A DNA stretch of 64,000 nucleotides from the NCBI GenBank assembly GCA_964016885.1, contig OZ024741.1, positions 349,122,001 through 349,186,000 of the forward strand, in the 5' to 3' direction. This document shows positions 54,701-64,000 of this stretch, one piece after another. How positions within the stretch are numbered: the first letter of the stretch is position 1; every line of letters starts with the position of its first letter. Made by a program: the position numbers and the translations under genes. The notes beneath the pieces are model-generated. The model ran no database searches, was not told where the DNA came from, and was given only the letters and a program-made list of their open reading frames with translations. Source of the DNA: Eledone cirrhosa. Lineage: Eukaryota.

Positions 54701-57013
54701 TGTACCTTCTTCCCCTATCCGCTGATCCCACTCAGTCCCAGCGTGCATCTAAGATCCCGTTACAGTCTCCCACTAACACTAAAGAGCCGGACGTTCCAAG
54801 AAAGTTTTCGAGACGCCGGAAGAAATCAGGCCGCCCTGCTCCTGTCGGGGCATAGACGGCCACTAGCCTGAAAGCTTACTCGTCTCCGCTAGTCACGTCC
54901 AGCACCACCAACTTACCTTCTGAGTCCAGGAAGATGGCCCGTATGGCGTGAACCAAACTTCTCCGAAAAATCACAGCAACTCCTCCCCCCGATCCAGGAC
55001 GGTTGGGAGATGCGTACACATCGTAGCCGCCGAAGATCGGTGCGAAGGCCCGTGCTTCGGAGATTCTGGTCTCGCTGATGGCCACTACATCTATGTTTAG
55101 TGACCTGAGGTCGTTGAGCAGGTGGCCCTGCTTCCATGACGACCCCAAGCCATGCGCATTTATGCTGCCTATTCTGAGTGAGGTCATGTTGAAATGGAGT
55201 GGAAAAGATGGGAAAGACCACTTACCTTACTTCTCCTAGAGGAAGGAGGGTTTCTCCATCTTTTTCATTGCTTGTGGCCTCCTCCGGAAGGATGTCCTTA
55301 TAAATCCTCCTGGAGCGTGCTTGTCGGAAGTCTCCGATGTCTTTGGGGAATTTTTATTTTAGTGTCGTGTACGTTTTCTGTGTGATGCGAGTGATTTGTA
55401 TGTGTGGAGGTGGTGTGAACTTTTGGGGTGTTGTGTAGTCTTTTTCTGTGATGCTGGTGTTGTGTTGGATGTAGTGTAATAATTGGTTGTTGTTCAAATT
55501 TAATGCTGTGTAGTGTGTATCGTTTTGGTTGTTTTGTTTTGTTGTGGGTTTGTTTCTGTTTCGCATTTTGGTGACTTTTGTGGTGTTGGTGATGGTGGTG
55601 TTGGGGTTAATGATGGTGATGGTGTTGGTGTTGTGGTGATGGGGTTGGTGATGCTGGTGTGGATGGTGGCATAGCTGTACTAACTTTTTTGTTTAATAGT
55701 TTATTTGTTTCCCTCTGTATTTTGTTTTTGGAGGGGGAAGGAAGAGGATTTTTTCTATTTTGGCTTCTTTTTCTTTTTTCCTTTTTTCCTGATACCGTTT
55801 CCCACTCCTCGTTGTCACAATCTGTTTCCAGTTGCGCTAGGTCGGGAGTGGAAAATCCTCCACTGGCGTTGGTTTTTGTTGTGCGTGGTGGATGGTGTAG
55901 GCGCTGGTGCTAGTTCTGGTGCGTTGGGTGGTGGTGGTGTTGGTTTTGCTACTGTTGCTGGGGTTATTGGTGTTACAGTTGCTTCTGTTGTTGCTGCTAC
56001 AGTTGTTGCTGCCATTTCTGCTGCTGGTGGTGTTGATGGTTAAGATCCGGACCAGTTATCCTGCTTTTCTTTTGCTATTTCTATTATTTTGGTGTTAGCC
56101 TCGATTCCGGCGAGGACGGCAGCCATTAGCCAGGGAATTTCGATGGCCGGTGGAACGTGGGTCACCCTGATCTTTACGAGTCTCTGGCCACAATAGCTTG
56201 GGACGAGTGTGAAGTCGTCGCTTCTTAATGGGGCCATGGAGTGCTCTCTGGCTTCCTGTGGTGTTCCAAAGAACACATCCACGGTTCCATATTTCTGCCC
56301 ACGTCTGATGTGGGTTTTTTTTGCCCACACATGTCCCAAAGCTTTTTGGATTTGGGACTCGGATGCCCGTTCCACTCGGCGCGATTTTACATTTATTGTT
56401 CGATACGACACGGTGCATAGGCGCCGATGCTCCATTTTATTTGGGGGGGGGGGCCTGACCCTGTACCCATCTTTCTTTACCATTCTCTTGGCTTCATCTA
56501 ATTTCTCCTGAGTTACCTGGATTGTTTCGCATTTTTTGGCTGCCTTTGCAAATAACACGATGTTATTCTCATTGTTGTTGTTGCTGTTGTTGTTATTGTT
56601 ATTTTTGTTATTGTTTTTTTAGTTTCAGTTGTGGTGATGGTGGCGTCAGTGGTGTTCGGTGTGGAAGAGTCCATTCTGGGTGAATCCATTTTGATGTCAC
56701 GAGATAATTTATTTTTTCTTTTGTTTCTGTTGTCGCTGTAGTGGTGGTGGAGGTGGCGGCTTCAACGCCTGCAGTCATTGGTAATGGCGGGAAAAGAATA
56801 TCTGCATGAGATAAATTTAAATTATTGCTACTGCTTATATTTTTAGTGTTGGCAAACGTAGTAATATTTACAATGGTGGTGTCGGTGTGAGGTGTTAGTT
56901 TTTTAGGAAGATGTGACTGTGAGTCGTCCATGATTTTTTCAAAGAAACTTTTTGTTTGATAATTATAAAAGTTTAAATTTTGGGCTCAAGGCCCCAATCT
57001 TTTCGAATGTCCT
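51766..57013 (-). mobile_element. Tx1-clade copy G (A-type ORF1, F-type 3' half, internal deletions, 5'UTR truncated)
   Basis: ORF2 pieces at 52020-55187 and ORF1 pieces at 55222-56931; deletions near 54190-54240 and 56040 (knuckle lost). Confidence 0.92.
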
Positions 57014-57126
57014 TCATCCTTACGGGGTCGATAAAAGAAAGCACCAGTAATGCACTGGTGTCTAATTAATCGATTTTACCCAGCCCCAAATTACTGGGCT
57101 TGTGCCTATACTAGAAATCATTATTA
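57011..57126 (+). mobile_element. 3' half of a tRNA-like SINE joined to the 5' break of Tx1 copy G
   Basis: 'catccttacggggtcgataaaag..ggcttgtgcctatactagaaatcattatt'. Confidence 0.8.
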
Positions 57127-57493
57127 GCTGGTCATGTAGGAGGTATCACACTTTTCAAATGTTAAACACCCTAAGTTGAAAAATATTTGTTCGGCGTGCT
57201 ATATAACTTATCCATTTTTGCCCTCCAATATTAATAGTGATTTTTACAAAGACGAAAGGAGATTGTAACGAGAATGTTGAAACACTCGTCCAAATCAAAA
57301 CCAATATTTGACTTGAAATTATTTTATCGACTTCAGAGAGACAGAAAGCAAATATAACTGGGGTAAGATTTCAAGTTAAAACATAACGCGATGCAATGAA
57401 ATGATACAACCACACGCTTCGGTTTTACAATGTATAATTTCTAGACTTGACAGTATGTACAAGAGTTAAATATCATTCCATATTTAACATTTC

Positions 57494-57624
<131 letters not shown>

Positions 57625-57901
57625 CAGTGGTGTGGCGTTATAAACGTGTAAAATGCGATCGTTTACAATGGATAAGACTTATTCGTGAACAAAAGCAAAT
57701 ATAATAATTCCAAATTGACCGCGTGTCAATCCAAATAATTGTAGAATTCTTTCAAGCCAGTGTTTTTATTGATTTTTATTGATTTTTCTCATTGATCTTC
57801 GTTGGGATTCTTAAAGATAAAGAGAAAAAAAAGAGAGATGGGTCAGGAAAGAAGAGAACTGAAAGATAGTGAGTAAAACAGACAGGGAGGCCAGCAACAT
57901 C

Positions 57902-58092
57902 TATAATCTCATAATAGATTTTTTCCGGTAGTCACAAGTTAATGCCTGATTGTGCTACTGTACAACACTCTAATATAATTCATATACATACATACAATCA
58001 CACCCAGACCTTACATTCACCCACACAGAACCCACAGAGTAGCACACACAGAAATTAACTTTGGCTAACGGAAAAATCTATTATGAGATTAT
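57902..58092. repeat. Inverted repeat (about 40-bp arms) next to (TA)n
   Basis: tataatctcataatagattttttccg..agttaat pairs with attaact..cggaaaaatctattatgagattata. Confidence 0.8.
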
Positions 58093-58095
58093 ATA

Positions 58096-58129
<34 letters not shown>

Positions 58130-58184
58130 TGTGTATGTCATATATCATATACTATATATCATCATATATGATATATGATATACG

Positions 58185-58236
<52 letters not shown>

Positions 58237-58239
58237 AGA

Positions 58240-58315
<76 letters not shown>

Positions 58316-58346
58316 AATGATTGATATACATATGTGTATGTATATA

Positions 58347-58411
<65 letters not shown>

Positions 58412-59283
58412 GAGAGAGAAAGAGATTGCTTGTTTGTGCGTGAGTGTGTGTGTGTGTTTTCGCGCTTTCGAGATACGCTCTCCTGAAGTGTGTTTTGCAT
58501 AGATATCATTCTATCTTATAATCTTATAGCATGTATGTAAATGCAAATAGCAGCAACGTAAATAGATATTAAAATAGCAAGGAACACGAGAGCGGGTCTG
58601 TGTTCTTGAATTTTAAAGGCAATTAAATATAAGGGTAATCGATTGAAGACCATCCCGCACCATCATTTTTTGTTTTGTGGGGGAAATCCGTCAGTTGCGA
58701 CGAAGAGTATTCCTGTTAATACGAGCAACAGAGCAGCCTGCTCGAGAAATTAACGTGCAAGGGGCTAATTATTCCCCAAACATTCGTAATTTTAACTTGG
58801 TTCTCAAGGAGATTCAGCGTGTCATGGTATGTGATAAGGCTGACCCTTTGAATTACAGGTACAACTCATTTTTGCCAGCTGAATGGACTGGAGCAAGGTG
58901 GAATAAAGTGTTTTGCTCAAGGACAGAGAGTGCCGCTTAGAATTGAACTACTTCGGTCATCAAACTATTGAATGTTAAAGACAAATTATTTTACGTATTT
59001 AAAATAATAGCATAAAATGTGGATAGAGAAAGAAGTGTAAGATTTTTACTACTAATATTTGCTATTCGCATGCAACTTACACTTAATGTCATATTTGATA
59101 AAGAACACTTAACATCTGCTGGAGTACTAGGTGCATTTTAAACCTCGAGAGGTGCATCCCTCTCTACATCTGAACACAGCCGGTTACTTCAGGGAACAGA
59201 GAAAGGGGGAGACAAAGAGGGGGAGAAAGAGAGAACAAAGTGAGAGGAGGAATCGATCGTAAAACAGTACTATTATTTTATTA

Positions 59284-59676
59284 GGCTGTGGATTGGCAGT
59301 ATTGGTAGAGGGTCGGACGCCATGCTTTGCAGCATGGAATTACGATCCTTTATGGTCTGAGTTCAAATTTCGCCGAGGTTAACTTTGCCTTTCATGCTTA
59401 CGGGGTCGATAAAATACAGTACTAATAATTGTTTCTACTTTAGGCACAAGGCCAGTAATTACCCAGTACATTACTGGTACTTTGTTTTATCGCCCCCGTA
59501 AGGATGAAAGGCAAAGTTAACCTCGGCGGGATTTGAACTCAGACTGTAAAGGGACGTAACTATGCTAGAAATCATGGTGTCCAACCCTCTACCGATACTG
59601 CCAATTCACCGCCCTTACAATTCTAATAATGCATTGGAATAATTGCTGGCCTTGTGCCTAAAGAAGAAACAATTAT
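59284..59676 (+). mobile_element. tRNA-like SINE interrupted by a nested antisense SINE
   Basis: Head at 59284-59429 and tail at 59623-59676. Confidence 0.85.
59430..59614 (-). mobile_element. Nested tRNA-like SINE with TSD CTAATAAT
   Basis: TSD at 59422-59429 and 59623-59630. Confidence 0.88.
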
Positions 59677-59811
59677 TTTATTAGTTGATCACAAAAATTG
59701 ATCGTCGTGTCATTTGCACACTGAGTGAACATAGCTGGAACGATTGCTGGGGTATTTTTAATCAGCTGCACTTACAACTCACCACCTTAATTACATATTA
59801 TTCTTATATTA

Positions 59812-60632
59812 CGTAGGGTGATTGGAAACGTTTGAACCAAAACCCAGAAAGTTGGAAGCTTGGCACGCCAAATGATATTTTTTACAATCTTACACCATTT
59901 TTTTATCATCATTAACATTTCTGATTCTTTTTTGTTTCATTTTAGCATAGTAGGAAAGTGAATTAGTGTAGACAATTTGGAGAAAATTGAATATCACGCT
60001 GTGATAAAATAGTTTCATCTAAAAGGTATGTCACCAGCTTATTTTCCCAATGGTATGATCAATATTCTGCATGAAAATGCCCCGTCATATTGCACAGTCA
60101 AAAGCTGACTAAAAGAATTCAAGTCTGACAGATAAAGCGATGAAGATGAGCACAGGTTAAGGAGACCATCAACTCCCAACTCGAAGACAAACCTTGAACA
60201 TGCCCTGGACATGATCAGGCAAGAATGTATATTGTCATCACATCAAGTAGTAGATAGGCTGGTCATCTCACAAGAGCGAGTGGTAAACACACATCTGTGC
60301 TGAAGGTGCTACTTCACTCCGTCTCCGAATGTAGGAGCCGATGTCTCTTCAGGCAGTGAAGTAACTCTGAAGTTGTTTTTGGCCCCTTACACTTTGACAT
60401 CAGTGCTACTTGGGGCTACCTAGCGATCTGAAAAGTGAGCTTACTTTGTCAAAAGTTTGTGCCCGATGGGTCTCACATTTTCTGTCTCCTGAACAGAAGC
60501 GGTCTCTTCACATCGTGTCAATGAACAATTTGCAACTGTTTGAAGCTGACGTGGACAATTTTCTTTCTCGATGACATACTATGGATGAGTATCACTATCA
60601 GCCTTAAACAAAAGGACAGTCAAAGTAATGGA
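59812..60632 (+). mobile_element. Degenerate mariner transposon, 5' half
   Basis: TA|CGTAGGGTGATTGGAAACGTTTGAAC TIR; 'EKIEYHAVIK*FHLKGMSP..APSY.TVK..DE.R.RRP..KVCARWV..TMDE'. Confidence 0.85.
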
Positions 60633-61107
60633 TGGATAGATAGATAGAAATAGCTATTTATGAAATGTTCATTCTCATGGATGATTTGATACACATTTAT
60701 ATAGTAAATCTGAAGAATTAGATAAAGAAGCCTCCCTCATATTTTATGCCGAGTCTTTTGCGGCCACCGTCCCCTTTGTTGGTATTGTTGTTACATTCTC
60801 TGTTGTTACATTAACTCATGCGACTTCTTTGTTATTATTACTTCTCTTTCTCTTTTTTAGGTTAGTAATCATTCAGCCAAATCTGTTTTTTCCCCGCCTC
60901 CCAGTTAAACATATATGCACACAAACGATTACACATGTAAATACATACACGTCTACAAACGACATCGCTGCCGTAACAGCTTCATTTTTATAGACGGAAA
61001 ATTGAAAATAAAAATATTGTAGTGTTTAATGTGCTGTTTATTTTTATTGTGCCATGAAATATCGCTAAATATATTTATTTTCATTAATTAAATATTTTCA
61101 CAAAATA

Positions 61108-61724
61108 TGTAGGGCGACTGAAAAGTTTTGAACTGCAAGAAAACCAAAGAAGATAGAGATTTTTCAACACAATCCACTTCAGGTTGAGTCCCTAAGAATT
61201 CCCCCGCGGCCTCTATTTCGCTATTGTTGTTGGCAAAACGTTGGCCAATTGGAGTTTTTTCAAGTTGTAGAATAGCTGGAATCCCGTGGTCTATGGAATA
61301 TGGTAGTTGGGTAACTAGTTGGTACCCGCGTTCATGGATTGTTGCCATTGCAACCGCTGAGGTGTGGGCTGGAACGTTGTCATAAAGGAAAATGACTCCT
61401 CTGACTCTTATCTCTTATTTTCTCTCCTAGCCATTTCAGTGTGTTAGACGTGTAGCCTCCGATGATGGTATGAATCCTTCGCAGGAAATCAATCAGCAGT
61501 ATACCATGGAAATCCTCCAAAATGAAGCCATCACGATCCTGACTGATGCCCTTCTTCGGCCTGGGAAATGATGCATGTGTCCATTACTTTGACTGTTCTT
61601 TTGTTTAAGGCTGATAGTGATACTCATCCATAGTATGTCATCGAGAAAGAAAATTGTCCACGTCAGCTTCAAACAGTTGCAAATTGTTCATTGACACGAT
61701 GTGAAGAGACCGCTTCTGTTCAGG
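61108..61724 (-). mobile_element. Degenerate mariner transposon, 3' half in inverted orientation
   Basis: TIR tgtagggcgactgaaaagttttgaac; 'DNVPAHTS..MATIHERGYQLVTQLPYSID..GQRF' resembles the HDNA/HPPYSPDL region. Confidence 0.82.
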
Positions 61725-62232
61725 TGACGCGCGTTTTGCTATTGATGAGCTCAAAGTTCGATCTGTTTCGATCTGGCAAGACTCTGGAATCAAAAAAGGC
61801 GCGTCACCAATCAATAAACGTAATGAAGGCTTAGAAAATCGTCCTTGTATCATTACTATAATATATACTGTATATATATATATATATATATATATGTGTG
61901 GTTGCGAGTCTTACCCATTTCTTAAAGTCTCTTACTCTCACTCACTCTCTCTCTCTTTCTCTCTTTCTCTCTTTCTCTCTTTCTCTCTTTTCTCTCTCTC
62001 TCTCTTTCCCCCTCTGTCTCCCTTTATGTTGGATACATACATATATATCATATATATTTATGTGAAGACATGCGGCTTAGTGGTTAGGGAGTCAGACTAT
62101 GTCACGCTGAATCTTACTGGGAAATACGTTAGTAGCAAAATGTTCTGTTAATCGTATCAACTGGAACACTCGTCTCGTGCCAATTTTATATATATATTTA
62201 TAGTAACATTTAGATAGATAGATAGATAGATA

Positions 62233-63935
62233 AATAATTTTATTTTTATTTGCCACCAGGGCATCAAAAAGTGGGACAAGTACAATGGGGGAGTTTACAT
62301 AACAAGGCGTCCTCAATAAGGAGGAGGCAATAACAAGATATAAAAATAAAATACAACATAACAAAATAAATTTTATAACAAAATCCTCAATAGGGAGGAG
62401 GCGCTTTGGGGAGTCGCACACACCCCCGCAAAAAAGTGTGCAACCCTTCTCCCCAGGAGCACAAAGAGGGGGTGCTCCCTTGGTCTTTCATCTTCCTCAC
62501 CTATAGTCTGATGTAGAGTGAAGGCCCATTCACACGGGCCATTCTCGCCACTATCACCCATCTTTCATAAAAACGGCTGGGGTGCAGCACCTCTCTCTCC
62601 ATCCTGATCCTTCTTCCGAAATGATATCGGAAGAAACGGACCAGTTGTTGGCCAGAGAGAAAGGTGTCTGACCTAAGTCCTTTCAGACGCGTCCACCATA
62701 CAACCTCTTTCGCCATGGCTGTTACGCACAGAAACACCGCCTCTCCTTCGTTTGTGAAGAGGGGAGGCGGCTTGATCGTTACAATAGACTCGGTGGTCAA
62801 CCGGATCGGTCCCACCCTTGACAGCAGTTGTTCGACATAGCCCCACAGATCGGTAATGCCCGAGCAGTGTACCAATGCGTGTGCAATGGTTTCCTCGTCG
62901 CACACACATCTGGGACAGATTTTTTCCGAGGGCTCCCTACCCGGGCGCCCGTGTCTGATCCTCCTACCGAATAGGTTGGTCAGTTCGTCTTCCTCCATGC
63001 CTAGGGCTTCTCCAAGGGCGCCGTCGCACCTGCTAACCACCAGCCCTCTATAGAATGACGAGGTGGATTCTCCGCTGACAGCCGGGTCCGCCTGCCAGAG
63101 AGCCGTGACGCCTGGGCACACTCGGTGTGCCAGGCGCCCAGTTTTCTCAGTCTTTGCTTGACCCAGGATTGCAGCTCGGTGAGTGAGACGAGTCTGGGAA
63201 AGGCCCCCCTCACAAACGGGGCCCACACCGGCTGACCGGAGAGGAATACCTGAAGGTGCCGTAGCCTTAATGCGTGTTTACGCATCATTAGCCACGGCAT
63301 CCCCAGCCCTCCTTTCGAAGGGTGTTGACAGCAGATGGATCTCCTCCCCATATGAGCCCGCTTCTTCCAAAGGAATTGGAAGAGTGCGCGCTCCATTTTG
63401 GCGAGCGTTTCCCTTGGGCAAGGCACAACGGTCAGGCGGTAGTAGATGACGGACGCTATATAAGTGTTTGCCACCTCCGCCCGACCTTTCAGGGACAGTT
63501 TGCACTCGGCCCACTTCTGGGTCAGTGCAAACACCCTGTTCGTTACCTCACCCCAGTTCTTCTCCACCTGGAGGTCTGGTCCGAACCAGAACCCCGAGCA
63601 ACTTCACCGGGCACTCCGTCCAGCGCCCGACGACGCCATCGGAGGGCATCGATCTGCCCCTCCACGTGCCGAGTTGCAGACCGATCGACTTGTCCCGGTT
63701 CAGCTTAGCCCCTGTAAACTTTTCGTACTGCTCCAGTAAGGTGCCGATCGCCCCGATTTCCAAGGCCGTCGACACCATTACTGTTACGTCATCGGCGTAG
63801 GCTGACACCGCTTTCCGCAATTCCGGTTCCAACGGGATGCACTGCAAAAACTCCAACTTCCGCAGCAGTGGCTCTAGAGTCATTACTTACAGAAGGGAGG
63901 AGAGAGGGCACCCCTGTCGGATGGACCGCGCGATT
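62233..63935 (-). mobile_element. Tx1-clade copy H (third subfamily, 5'-truncated), flanked by (GATA)n
   Basis: RQGCPLS..YADD..CPRC fragments; 3' end CCCTGGTGGCAAATAAA..+(TATC)n at 62211-62232; (GATA)4 at 63940-63955. Confidence 0.9.
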
Positions 63936-63955
63936 TCGAGATAGATAGATAGATA

Positions 63956-64000
63956 TGTTTCTTTTATTTGCCACCAGAGCATCAAAAGTGGGACAAGTAC
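63956..64000 (-). mobile_element. 3' terminus of a further H-family Tx1 copy (I), continuing beyond the window
   Basis: 'ttttatttgccaccagagcatcaaaagtgggacaagtac' matches H 62244-62283. Confidence 0.8.

Noticed and set aside
29422-56511. Antisense and alternative-frame ORFs repeated in the Tx1 copies (e.g. MALTTRASALSQF, MNCGQPMLDLS)
   Set aside because: They recur only because the copies are near-identical and GC-rich; no domain signal, and they are shadows of ORF1/ORF2.
59284-59380. tRNA gene
   Set aside because: A/B-box-like motifs belong to the SINE head; no cloverleaf can be formed.

Overview
AT-rich animal genomic DNA dense in microsatellites, with no confidently identifiable host gene. 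The tRNA-like SINE family and (TA)n/(TC)n/(AC)n density resemble octopod cephalopod DNA (inference, not verified). Almost all IYIY/VCVC/LSLS ORFs in the track are microsatellite artefacts. The first 29 kb hold old TE remnants: SINEs, RTE-derived non-autonomous elements, CR1-like, R4/Dong-like and HERO-like LINE ends, and a deleted Helitron. They also hold many short fold-back elements in (TA)n tracts that carry Penelope-type hammerhead ribozyme motifs. From 29.2 to 57.0 kb there is a chain of seven non-LTR retrotransposons: four Tx1-clade (APE-RT) copies, all on the minus strand, and three R4/Dong-clade (RT-RLE) copies, all on the plus strand, mostly separated only by (AAT)n tracts. A related Tx1 subfamily at 62.2-64 kb uses (GATA)n instead. 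No LINE copy is fully intact. Main leads: (1) a conserved 52-53 nt GTAAGT...CAG mini-intron that would fuse Tx1 ORF1 in frame to ORF2; (2) two unrelated endonuclease classes using the same (AAT)n target from opposite strands; (3) an ORF1 module swap at that splice donor; (4) a SINE that appears to use this Tx1 machinery; (5) dense hammerhead-bearing fold-back elements.
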